DNA of 64,000 nucleotides, taken from positions 51,297 through 115,296 of the forward strand of contig DATMQI010000112.1 in the NCBI GenBank assembly GCA_035567135.1. Reading direction: 5' to 3'. The position numbers were made by a program, and so were the translations under genes. The notes under the pieces are model-generated. The model was not told where the DNA came from. It searched no databases and was given only the letters and a program-made list of their open reading frames with translations. The stretch is from Terriglobales bacterium. Lineage in GTDB: Bacteria; Acidobacteriota; Terriglobia; Terriglobales; Acidobacteriaceae. This document shows, in pieces, positions 37,626 through 46,865 of this stretch. Within the stretch, counting starts at the first letter, position 1. Each line of letters starts with the position of its first letter.

Positions 37626-38000
37626 CTATAGGGCTCCGCCCTGCCTCTTGGCGGTCAATTCCAGAATGTAGGTCGCCAGTGAGTGTATGTTTCTAAAATG
37701 GCCGGTGGTGGGCGAAAATGGATCGTCTTCTGTAAGATCGATTCGAAAGCCGTAGCGCTCTTCCAATTTTTGTTCGGTGATCACGATAAAATTGGCAAGG
37801 CCCAGGGAATCCAGCTTCCCGCCTCCGCCGAAGAGTATTGTGGATAAAGACTTGACGATTTGTTGTTGCGCCGGCAACTGCATATTCAGATCAGAAACCG
37901 ATTCGTAGATGACCTGTAGCACACCATCTAGATCGCTTGCGCGGCTGGTCGACGGTTCTTTGATCAACGACTCCAAGGACTTAGTTCCTTCCATAGTCAT
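37626..38000 (-). CDS. acyl carrier protein (dedicated to the FkbH-like enzyme)
   Basis: GGGKLDSLGLANFIVITEQKLEERYG carries a DSL phosphopantetheine-site motif. Its start overlaps the 3' end of the deacetylase gene by 20 nt. The FkbH gene starts 8 nt downstream. Confidence 0.7.
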   Translation of the reverse strand: MTMEGTKSLESLIKEPSTSRASDLDGVLQVIYESVSDLNMQLPAQQQIVKSLSTILFGGGGKLDSLGLANFIVITEQKLEERYGFRIDLTEDDPFSPTTGHFRNIHSLATYILELTAKRQGGAL

Positions 38001-38793
38001 TTCTCATCCTCCAGAGTTGAAAAAGCGTTCCGTTCGTCACTTTTGAAATATTTTGATGCTGGGAGATCATCTGGAAGACAGTTTCTAACTGCTGCCACTG
38101 TCCAAGTTCCTCGATTTCCCAGCTGTGCAAATACAAGTGGGCAATGCCACCGTGCTGCTCCACATGGTTGAGGCCGCACAGAAAGTGTTGTTGCCAATCG
38201 GTGCTGCCGTTATAAGTGCGTACGAAATTCAGAATCCCGGCAAAATTGCCTTCCAGAACCGCGTGCCGTAGTTGCATGACCTTGCTATGCGAATAAGCGT
38301 GAGTGCTGACTCCCCACAAAAAAGGATTGCGCGGGAATGCATGCAGATTAAAAAGACAGGTGCGTCCGCCGAGGAATCCGGCCTTCTTCACCAGCGCCGG
38401 AGTTGAGGCATTGAACTTGCCTCGGGGATAGCAGAACGAAATCACGCTCTTTCCAATTGTATCTTCCAGCCACTGCTTGCCCTCTGAGATTTCGGTCCAT
38501 GCCTGGGAATCGGGCAGAGACTTCAGGGGTGCGTGATTCAAGGTATGAGCGCCGACTTCGAAACTGGCGGACAGCCCCCGCACTTGGTTGGCGGGCATCA
38601 CCGGACGTTCAGGATTTCGCGCCGGGATGTAGAAGGTCGCCTGCAATCCATATTTGTTCAGCAGTTCCGCGGTCCGTAGATCGGTAACATCGCCGTCGTC
38701 GATACTGATCGTTACAAAGCTGTGTGCGCTGGCATCCGTTTGCGGCTTCCCCAATTGGTTATTATTGCCGTTATTGCGCGCCTTTGTATTCAC
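37981..38793 (-). CDS. polysaccharide deacetylase (CE4/NodB homology)
   Basis: Motif 1 TISIDDGD, motif 2 VGAHTLNH, and later CYPRG. Its GTG start overlaps the upstream TGA (GTGA at 38790-38793). Confidence 0.85.
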   Translation of the reverse strand: MNTKARNNGNNNQLGKPQTDASAHSFVTISIDDGDVTDLRTAELLNKYGLQATFYIPARNPERPVMPANQVRGLSASFEVGAHTLNHAPLKSLPDSQAWTEISEGKQWLEDTIGKSVISFCYPRGKFNASTPALVKKAGFLGGRTCLFNLHAFPRNPFLWGVSTHAYSHSKVMQLRHAVLEGNFAGILNFVRTYNGSTDWQQHFLCGLNHVEQHGGIAHLYLHSWEIEELGQWQQLETVFQMISQHQNISKVTNGTLFQLWRMRNDYGRN

Positions 38794-40034
38794 GCTGGCG
38801 GTACCTCTTCTGGTACCTGAACCGGCAAAGCGGTACCGAATAGGTCCGGCGAGGACACTCGCCCCGCGACAACGTCACGGTAAATTCGCAGCAACTGCAG
38901 ATAGTTTGCGGTCGCTGTGTATTTCCTTTCGTACTCCTTGCGCGCCTGCTCCCCGAGCAAGCGCATGTACTCTGGACGATCCCACGCATTTGCTGCCGCG
39001 CGCGCAAGCTGTGCCGCATCTCCCGGTGGGAAAAACATGCCGGTACGGCCTTCTTCGATGATTTCCTGCATAGCGCCTAGATGAGAAGCCAGTACCGGCA
39101 CACCGCAGGCGAACGCTTCGATAATGGTGAGCGGAAGGTTTTCATATAGCTCGCTGGGGAAGACCACAAAGCGTGCGCCCTTCATGGCCTCGATCACCTT
39201 GTCGCGAGGTTGCATGCCCAAGAAAGAAACATTCGAAAGGCCATGAGCAGCCGCTTCGCGCTCCAATTCTAATCGGGCCGGGCCATCTCCAATTACTCGT
39301 AAGGCACAGGTTCGCGGCAGCTGCTTCCAGGCTCTCAGCAGCGTCGGAGTTCCCTTTTCCTGCGATACTCGCCCCACGCAAAGCGCATAGGACCCTTCCC
39401 CGGTTCGTACACCCGGATCCGGATCCACGCAGTTTCCTTTTACTGTGATCTTTTCTGCCGGTAAGCCAGCCTTCACGAATCGGCTGCGCGCAAATTCCGT
39501 CAGCACAATGTAGCGATCGACCATGCGGTGCCAGGTCTTGCGGGCATGGTGCAGCGATAGCATCAGCGCAACCGGGGCCGTTTCCATTCGCGAGTCGCGA
39601 TAGCATCCGTGTTGCACTCCGTGCCAGAAACTGCCCCCGATACAGTCCTCGCAAGTCTTGCCTGCGCGGAAGAAATTCGCGCCCGGACAAAACAAACGAT
39701 AGTTGTGCAATGTCTGCACGACGGGAACGCGCTGGTTCCGGCATGCCCAATAGACGGACGGTGAAATCAGCGGGAACGTATTGTGAATGTGGACGATCTC
39801 AGGCTGGATTTGCCGAAGAAGAGCGCCAAATTCACGGTAGGTGTCGTCGGCCCAAACCGTTCGGGCCAGAAGGCTGACGCGCCTCGTCGTCGAGTACGAC
39901 TTAATTTCACTGTTGTGGCGCTGATATTCCAAAACTTCGTGACCAGCCGCCTTCAGCAAACCCTTTTCTTGTTCAAAGACGACGTCTTCGCCACCCCGAT
40001 ACTGGTACGTATTGTGAACGAGTAGAATCTTCAT
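38790..40034 (-). CDS. GT4-family glycosyltransferase
   Basis: MKILLVHNTYQYRGGED N-terminus and a GT-B C-terminal E-x7-E-like region (FVVFPSELYENLPLTIIEAFACGVPVL). Start moved to the ATG at 40032-40034. Confidence 0.85.
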   Translation of the reverse strand: MKILLVHNTYQYRGGEDVVFEQEKGLLKAAGHEVLEYQRHNSEIKSYSTTRRVSLLARTVWADDTYREFGALLRQIQPEIVHIHNTFPLISPSVYWACRNQRVPVVQTLHNYRLFCPGANFFRAGKTCEDCIGGSFWHGVQHGCYRDSRMETAPVALMLSLHHARKTWHRMVDRYIVLTEFARSRFVKAGLPAEKITVKGNCVDPDPGVRTGEGSYALCVGRVSQEKGTPTLLRAWKQLPRTCALRVIGDGPARLELEREAAAHGLSNVSFLGMQPRDKVIEAMKGARFVVFPSELYENLPLTIIEAFACGVPVLASHLGAMQEIIEEGRTGMFFPPGDAAQLARAAANAWDRPEYMRLLGEQARKEYERKYTATANYLQLLRIYRDVVAGRVSSPDLFGTALPVQVPEEVPPA

Positions 40035-40374
40035 CTTGCCAGTATCTGCGACCGATGCCGCTCGCAGCTTCGCCCCCTGAGTCACAGTGCAAACCCGAAA
40101 AGCGAAAACCCCGGAACGACGAATTCTACTCGCGACGCTCTTTAACCTTGAATAGAGAAACGTGTTTTTTAAGGGGAAGGGCGTTTGTTACAAGTCGTTC
40201 AGGTTCGCGTTAGCCGGCCATACCGGACCTAAGCTCTAGTGGCTGCAGGATATACATCCCGGCAAGCCCTTGCAAGAGTCAAAAGCTTAGAGTCCAGAGT
40301 CTCTAGTCGTCATGCCGCTCATCCCCGGGCCGGTGCGAGAGTAACTCACGCCCCTACTAACACATGGCCCATGA

Positions 40375-43300
40375 TCACTGTCCAGTTCCCGTAAGGGCGA
40401 CTTCCTGGGGTGTGAACACACCGGAGTGAGTAAAGCTTGCGACGCCGGGGATCGCCCCAGTTGCCGAAGGGCTGAAGGTCACGCTCACAGTACACTGTCC
40501 AAACGCAGGAAGGCTAGTTCCGCACGAATTACTGCCGCCCGGCTGGATCACGTAATCTCCGCTGGCCGTAAAGGTGAGGCTTAGCACACTATTCTGATTA
40601 CTCGTCACCGTCACGATCTGCGGAGGGCTGGTGGTTCCCACATTCTGGGCGGAGAAGATAAGGCTGGCCGGAGAAAGAGTGATCGGGAGCACTCCCGTCC
40701 CGGTGACGTCGAGTACTTGAGGGCTAATACCCGAATCGTCCACCACCATGACTCCACTCTTCACCGCGCCTGAAATGGTGGGACTGAAGTTCACCGAGAA
40801 AGTGCATGACTTTCCGGCGCCCAACGAACCGCCACAAGGAGAGGCGCCGCTGGCAAAGGCAGAAAAATTCCCTCCCGCCTGCACGGCAGAAATGTTAACT
40901 GATGTGCTTCCGTTGTTGGTGACCGTCACGACGCGATTGGGGCTGGTAATTCCTACCACGCCGTTGCCAAAGCTCCATGACTTTGGGGAAAAGACTAACG
41001 GCGCTGTCGACCCGCCCGAACCCGCGCCTGTGAAAGAAACAACTTGGGGACTCAAGGCGCCACCATACGAAATGGCGAGCGAGCCATTGCTCGCTCCATT
41101 CGTGCTAGGACGAAAAGTGACGGCAATCGTACATTTCGCCCGAGGCGCGAGAGTAGCTTGACAGGGCTTGGTTCCACTGCCAGTCGCACTGTAGTCGCCG
41201 CTCGCGGAAAAAGTAAAATTGACCGGCGAGGCGCCATTGTTGGCCAAGGTCGCTGTTTGCGGCAGGCTGGTACTACCCACGGTTATAGTTCCAAACGCCA
41301 TGTTCGCCGGGGCAATCGCCAAAAGCTTCACCCCTGACCCGGACAGACCCACGACTTGAGGAGAGCCACTGGCATTATCGCTAACCGTGAGCGCCCCCGG
41401 AATGGAACCCAACAACGCGGGAGCGAATACCACGGACACAACGCAGGTCTGAGAAGGCTGGAAAGTGTTGCCGCTGCAGTTGTCTGTCTCTGTGTAGTTT
41501 CCACTGGCCGAAACCGCGGCAATGGTTACCGGCAATGCGCTGCTGTTGCGGACCACGACTGCGAGTGGCGCGCTCGATATTCCCACCGCCTGGTTAGGAA
41601 AAGTCAGATGCCCGGGCGACAAGGTCACCGCAGTTAAGACCCCGCTACCAGTCACATTCACCAATTGCGGACTGTTATTTGCGTCGTCGGTTACGTTGAG
41701 GGCGGCATTGCGGGTTCCCGTCGCTGACGGCGTGAAGATTACATTGATGGTGCAGTTGGTCCCGGGCTGCAGGCTGGATCCGCAGTTATTGGTCTGACCA
41801 AAGTCTGCGCTGTTTGGGCCGGTGAAACCAATGTTGCTGATATTTACCGTCGTCGCTTGATTGTTCGCGAGCGTTACCGCCTGCGAGGGACTGGTGCTGC
41901 CGACAAGTTGGCTGGCAAAGGAAAGATTATCCGGTGAAGTGGTGACTCCGGGACAAGCCGAAAATTTGAACGACGCTATGCGGGTATGCCAATTGCCCTT
42001 GCCGCTAATAGGGAAGTATTGGTTGGTATACCAGAATGTGCAGTCGTCAATGGGATCGATACTCATGCCGCTATAGTCACCCCAGCGATAAGTTCCCTGC
42101 TCGACTCCGGCGCCAGCCATCATCAAAGCCTCATCCTCCATTGTTCCGAGGGGGTCGGTGGCCAGGCGTCCGGTGTAGTAGATTCCTGGATTGGTGGTGG
42201 AACTTGATTCGCTATAGCCCAGCGCCATGTCGCCCATCTGATCCATGGCGATACTCGCCATCCAACGAAAATTAGAATCGGGAGCAAATGTGCCTTGCTG
42301 GTTCACGGTCGGAGTTCCGCCCGGATTGCGGATCTCGTACCAGCGCACTCCTACATTTCCAGAACTCGTAGCTACAGAATGCGTCGCAACCAAGGTTTCG
42401 TGATCGCCAAAATTCCGGTAAGCCAGGCGCCACATCAGCCGGTCGCCGAGAGAGTCCACCACCTGCGTCGTCCCCGGCTGAGGAATGCACACAGCAAACG
42501 TCCCTCCGCCACATGCCGGACTGTAGGGCGTAACGGGAATATTGACCGGACCGGTAAAAGTTGAATTGTTGGGGTTGGTGAAATCTACGTGGAACTGCCA
42601 AAGATCAACCGAGTTCTTGTTCAGGCTCAGGAAATAATCAGGAGAACCTGCGGGAGGTGGAGTGTGCCCGTCGAGGTCTGCGGGAAGCAGACTCGAGTAG
42701 GCGGACGAGCTCAAGGCGAAGCAAACGGTGTTCGCGGCGGAACCGTTCAGCATTGCGTGACGATTCAATGCACACACCACCGCGTGGATAAAAGAGCCGC
42801 CGTTTGGGTTCTCGTCGTTGACACTCAGATAATACGCATCTGGCCACACCGACAGCTTGGGATAATCCGGGAAATTGTTCGAAGGCAGTTGGAACGCGTA
42901 CCGGTAGTAACTCCCTGTGGCATCCGAGGTGCTCGAAACCGCGACGCACTGGAAGTCTGGTCCGCCGCGCTGCGACACACGATGCGTCATGACCCAGCGG
43001 CCGGCGGCCTTATCGTACTCGGCAATGATGTCGCCTTCCGCGTCGGTCGAACAAAGTCCACTGAATCCGGACCACAGCGCGGTCTCCAGGACCGGGCCAT
43101 ATAGAATGTTACCGCTCGATTTGTCATACACAGCAAATCGATTGTTCACGTATTGCACATACTGAGTTGCGCCAACGGAGCCGTTCGTGTCCGGCGCCAA
43201 CCAACCGTTGGAGGGGATACCGTCGAAGTTGAGTCCGGGAAGCGCCTGCAGCCGGTTTCCCGGCAATTGTTGAAAGAGCCGGCGGGACGTCTCAGCAGGT

Positions 43301-43626
43301 TTCGAGGGCAGCTTTGCGACAATGGACTGATTACCGCCGTGACCCATTTCCTCAAGTTCCTGTTTCTGCCGTTCTTCCTCTTTTGCTTCCGCTTCTTTCA
43401 GGGCTGAAGTTGTGGTTCGCGCCTTAATGTCTCTTAGAGGAGCCGAGATGTCGTGGTGCGTCGTCGGGTAAACTCGGGGCTTTCCCAAAACCGACTGAGC
43501 CGAACCGTAGGTTGCAGTCAACGCCAGGACGCCGCTAAACAGCCATAAGGACGCCGCTGTTCGTCCTGAGTTGCCCCGTTGTATCGCTTTAGCTGTTTCG
43601 TACCGCCGATCGGAGCTATTCATCAT
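40375..43626 (-). CDS. large secreted protein: unknown-function N-terminal module plus five C-terminal Ig-like modules
   Basis: Signal or anchor segment (TAASLWLFSGVLALTATYGSAQS). A roughly 480-aa module is homologous to ORF 10317..11807, followed by a tandem repeat region. Start taken at the ATG 43624-43626. The track start is 43719. Confidence 0.75.
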   Translation of the reverse strand: MMNSSDRRYETAKAIQRGNSGRTAASLWLFSGVLALTATYGSAQSVLGKPRVYPTTHHDISAPLRDIKARTTTSALKEAEAKEEERQKQELEEMGHGGNQSIVAKLPSKPAETSRRLFQQLPGNRLQALPGLNFDGIPSNGWLAPDTNGSVGATQYVQYVNNRFAVYDKSSGNILYGPVLETALWSGFSGLCSTDAEGDIIAEYDKAAGRWVMTHRVSQRGGPDFQCVAVSSTSDATGSYYRYAFQLPSNNFPDYPKLSVWPDAYYLSVNDENPNGGSFIHAVVCALNRHAMLNGSAANTVCFALSSSAYSSLLPADLDGHTPPPAGSPDYFLSLNKNSVDLWQFHVDFTNPNNSTFTGPVNIPVTPYSPACGGGTFAVCIPQPGTTQVVDSLGDRLMWRLAYRNFGDHETLVATHSVATSSGNVGVRWYEIRNPGGTPTVNQQGTFAPDSNFRWMASIAMDQMGDMALGYSESSSTTNPGIYYTGRLATDPLGTMEDEALMMAGAGVEQGTYRWGDYSGMSIDPIDDCTFWYTNQYFPISGKGNWHTRIASFKFSACPGVTTSPDNLSFASQLVGSTSPSQAVTLANNQATTVNISNIGFTGPNSADFGQTNNCGSSLQPGTNCTINVIFTPSATGTRNAALNVTDDANNSPQLVNVTGSGVLTAVTLSPGHLTFPNQAVGISSAPLAVVVRNSSALPVTIAAVSASGNYTETDNCSGNTFQPSQTCVVSVVFAPALLGSIPGALTVSDNASGSPQVVGLSGSGVKLLAIAPANMAFGTITVGSTSLPQTATLANNGASPVNFTFSASGDYSATGSGTKPCQATLAPRAKCTIAVTFRPSTNGASNGSLAISYGGALSPQVVSFTGAGSGGSTAPLVFSPKSWSFGNGVVGITSPNRVVTVTNNGSTSVNISAVQAGGNFSAFASGASPCGGSLGAGKSCTFSVNFSPTISGAVKSGVMVVDDSGISPQVLDVTGTGVLPITLSPASLIFSAQNVGTTSPPQIVTVTSNQNSVLSLTFTASGDYVIQPGGSNSCGTSLPAFGQCTVSVTFSPSATGAIPGVASFTHSGVFTPQEVALTGTGQ
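40378..41952 (-). repeat. five tandem repeats of about 105 aa (Ig-like, choice-of-anchor-D/ASH-like) at protein level
   Basis: Each unit contains L.F....VG..S....VT..N.G...V.I, then a Cys-containing G..C...V.F.P, and ends in V.(L/V)(T/S)G(T/S)G. The region totals 525 aa by my count. Confidence 0.7.
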
Positions 43627-43823
43627 GTGTCGATTCCCAGCCTCGGCCCAAGAGCCAAACTCTGCAAGTGTCATGGGCTGATCTCCTCCTCTAACCTCAA
43701 AATATTGGAACGTAGCCACAGATGTGACTCAGGTGTTACGAGGGGAGGAATGACTGAGAATAAAGTTGCCGTTGAAAACACTGTGCGGCGGCGACCTCCC
43801 GAGGGAAGTCGCCGCCGATTATT

Positions 43824-46361
43824 TTACGTTCCCGTACCTGTCAGCTTCACAGTCTGAGGACTCAGAGGCGCGTTGTCCTGCACTTTGAGGGTTCCGTTGC
43901 GTACGCCTTTTTGTGTCGGCGTAAACGTAACTGCGATGGTACAGGTTTGCCATGGGGCGAGCACGGCGGGGCATTGATTGGTCTGAGAGAAATCGCCCGT
44001 AGTGGTGATGCTGGTGATGGACATGTCATCCGATCCCGTGTTCTTGAACGTCACGTTCATCGGTTGGCTCTGCTGACCCACTGTCACGTTCCCGAAGTTG
44101 AGCGATTTAACACTCAGTCCGGCAACCGGAACCATGTTGGCAACCTCGCGGATGCGGTTGTTGCCGGCATCGGCGATGAAGAGGCTTTCATGGCTATCGA
44201 TCGCTAAACCTGCGTTGTCGATCTGGGCGTTGGTAGCGAAACCGCCGTCTCCGCGGAATCCGTAGAACCACCACGCCTTATCGTCGCCGGCGACTGTGAC
44301 AATAGTGCCCGTGGCGAGGTCGATGCGCTGGACCAGTTCGTCATTCCCGCCGCCAATAAAGAGGTTGCCACGGGAATCCAGCGCAACCTGAGTTGGATTC
44401 CAGCGTTGGGCGTCGATGGCGGGTCCGCCATCTCCCTTAAACGACTCCGCGCCGTTGTATGCGTAGTCAACAATGGTGCCCACCCCATACTTGTGCTGGG
44501 CATCTCCACAACCGCCCACCGCCCCTATTACACAGCGGACCCGGTTGTTTCCGGAATCGGCGATGTAAATATTTTCGGAACTATCTACAGTCACGCCAGT
44601 GGGACGGCTAAGATCCGCCGACGTCGCCGGACCGCCATTGCCCGAGTACCCCGAGGTACCTGTTCCAGCGACGGTGCTGATGATTCCGTTGATGACTTCT
44701 CGTATCTTCTGAGCGGACGAATCAGCGATGAAGATGTTCCCAGAAGCGTCCACTGCGATTGCGGTAGGTGTCGACAGCTGCGCACTGGTCGCGGCGCCTC
44801 CGTCTCCGCAGCTTCCGGTTGAGGGCGAACAGGCTGAGCCATCGCCCGCGAACGTCTTGATGTTTCCAGCACTCACTTCGCGAACCACATGATTACTGGT
44901 GTCCGCGATGTAGACGTTACTCGAACTGTCGAGCGCCACTCCAATCGGCCCATTCAGTTCCGCGCTGGTTGCGGACCCGCCATCGCCACTGTACCCACTC
45001 AGTCCATTTCCGGCTATGTTGGTGATGGTGCCGCCGCTGACTTCACGAACCGTATTGTTCGTGGTATCCGCGATGTAGTAATTGTCAGCTGAATCCACAG
45101 CCACGCCGTTTGGATTGGCAAACTGGGCTGCGGTCGGGGCCCCGCCGTCTCCCCCATTCCCTCCGCCCAGGATTGTGTTGATTACACCCGAGGGCGCAAC
45201 TTCGCGGACACGCTGATTGCCGGTGTCGGAAATGAATACATTGCCTGCGCTGCCGACATAGACACCGTTCGGATTGGACAACTCCGCATCCACCGCCTGG
45301 CCAGTGTCGCCGGCGAAGCCATGATGGCCGGTCCCGGCAAATGTATTAATTGTCCCCGTGGCGGAGACGATCCGAATGCGCTGATCGCGAGTGTCGGCGA
45401 TGTACAGATTCAGCGACTTGTCCATGGACAGACCTTGGGGATTGCCCAAGTTCGCGGAGAGAGCAGAGCCGCCATCGCCGCAGGTATTCCACGAGGGGAA
45501 GCATGAAGTTCCCGTGCCCGCAAATGCATTGATAATGTGAGTTTTCAAACTTACGACGCGGACACGGTTATCGCCTGAATCGGCGATGTAGACGTTGCCC
45601 TTGTTATCGAGCGCAAGGCCCTCGGGAGCACTCAAACTGGCTTTTACCGCAAGGCCGCCATCGCCACAGGATTGGGTGCCACCGCTGCACGAAGTGGCGA
45701 AGTTCCCAGCGAAGGGATAAATGTTTCCATTCGGTTTTACCACCCGAACCCGGTTGTCGCCGGTATCAGCGATATAGATGTTGCCTTTGCCGTCCAAGAG
45801 AACTCCCTGAGGAGCATTCAACCTTGCCTTCGTGGCCAATCCGCCATCACCACAGCGCCCGGCGTAACAAGGCTTGCTGACGCCTGCGACGACAGTAATA
45901 TTTCCGCTGGTGTCCACCTTCTGGATGATGTTGTCGTTGGTATCCGCGATGTAAACGTTCCCCTGGGCATCGACGGCCACATCGAATGGATTCCACATCG
46001 GCAACGCGTTAGCCTTCCCATTGCCTTGAAAACCGATGACGCCAATGCCTGAGAACTGGCTTACGGCGCCGCCCGCGCTCAATTCGAAAACGTATTGGGA
46101 ATGGGGCGCGGCGATGTAGAGATTTCCCTTCGCATCTTCGACCACGGATGTGGGGCCCGGAATATCCGCTTGCAATGGGTTGCTGTTGACGGTCCCCCCG
46201 CCCGCAGTCGTCTTAATGATGTTGACCTTCTGCGCGCTTGCTGGAAGAACCAGAAACGACAGACTCAATAGAATAGTCAGGGCTGCATTCTTCCCCAAGG
46301 AATTCGCGCCACGACGACCAGCAAACTGCAGTTTGGAAAGGATACTCATAGTGAACTCCAT
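43824..46361 (-). CDS. secreted NHL-repeat (beta-propeller) protein with one C-terminal Ig-like module
   Basis: About a dozen repeats of the form (C)GDGG.A..A.L..P.GV..D..GN(L/V)YIAD..N.R(I/V)R.V. The final roughly 100 aa match the Ig-like module of the 40375 protein (CPAVLAPWQTCTIAVTFTP). Confidence 0.8.
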   Translation of the reverse strand: MEFTMSILSKLQFAGRRGANSLGKNAALTILLSLSFLVLPASAQKVNIIKTTAGGGTVNSNPLQADIPGPTSVVEDAKGNLYIAAPHSQYVFELSAGGAVSQFSGIGVIGFQGNGKANALPMWNPFDVAVDAQGNVYIADTNDNIIQKVDTSGNITVVAGVSKPCYAGRCGDGGLATKARLNAPQGVLLDGKGNIYIADTGDNRVRVVKPNGNIYPFAGNFATSCSGGTQSCGDGGLAVKASLSAPEGLALDNKGNVYIADSGDNRVRVVSLKTHIINAFAGTGTSCFPSWNTCGDGGSALSANLGNPQGLSMDKSLNLYIADTRDQRIRIVSATGTINTFAGTGHHGFAGDTGQAVDAELSNPNGVYVGSAGNVFISDTGNQRVREVAPSGVINTILGGGNGGDGGAPTAAQFANPNGVAVDSADNYYIADTTNNTVREVSGGTITNIAGNGLSGYSGDGGSATSAELNGPIGVALDSSSNVYIADTSNHVVREVSAGNIKTFAGDGSACSPSTGSCGDGGAATSAQLSTPTAIAVDASGNIFIADSSAQKIREVINGIISTVAGTGTSGYSGNGGPATSADLSRPTGVTVDSSENIYIADSGNNRVRCVIGAVGGCGDAQHKYGVGTIVDYAYNGAESFKGDGGPAIDAQRWNPTQVALDSRGNLFIGGGNDELVQRIDLATGTIVTVAGDDKAWWFYGFRGDGGFATNAQIDNAGLAIDSHESLFIADAGNNRIREVANMVPVAGLSVKSLNFGNVTVGQQSQPMNVTFKNTGSDDMSITSITTTGDFSQTNQCPAVLAPWQTCTIAVTFTPTQKGVRNGTLKVQDNAPLSPQTVKLTGTGT

Positions 46362-46865
46362 TGGACTTCTCGCATATTGAACGGCAAAAACGAGAGTCGA
46401 GATTGGTGCTGCATTTTTGGTTTATGTCTGAATCCTCTCGCAATGAAAGCTGCTGGCATCGCGAAAGAACCCGCCTGCTTGAACTCAACCACAACTGATT
46501 TTTCGGAATCGACGGCTCCGCACTTGCGCTTTCTGATCCGTCACTCCGTTAGTTGTTGATACATCCGCGATCGAAAACCTTGTTGTGAAAATTTCCGCCA
46601 AAGCTTGTCCCCACGCTCGCGCACTTAGGCATGACTAAAGTGCAGAGAAAACTCGCCGCGACGGTTGGTCCGAGGCACCACAGCGCTCTCACTTAGGTAA
46701 TCTTCACATTAAAACCGATTAATGACACTCTTCGACTTAGCAGCGTCTCTTCGCGAATAAGAACTCCCGAGGGGGCGCCGGAAAGACAGCCCAGCGCTTA
46801 GTTTCCTCCTCCAGTTGGGGTCTGGTTCTGCGCGCTTCGCTTTTGAAAATCTCGGGAGGTCGATC

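Noticed and set aside
40035-40374. 340-nt gap upstream of the long minus-strand string, scanned for a promoter, terminator or riboswitch-like structure.
   Set aside because: I found only short, imperfect stems and a TTGACT without a properly spaced -10. Nothing is convincing by eye.
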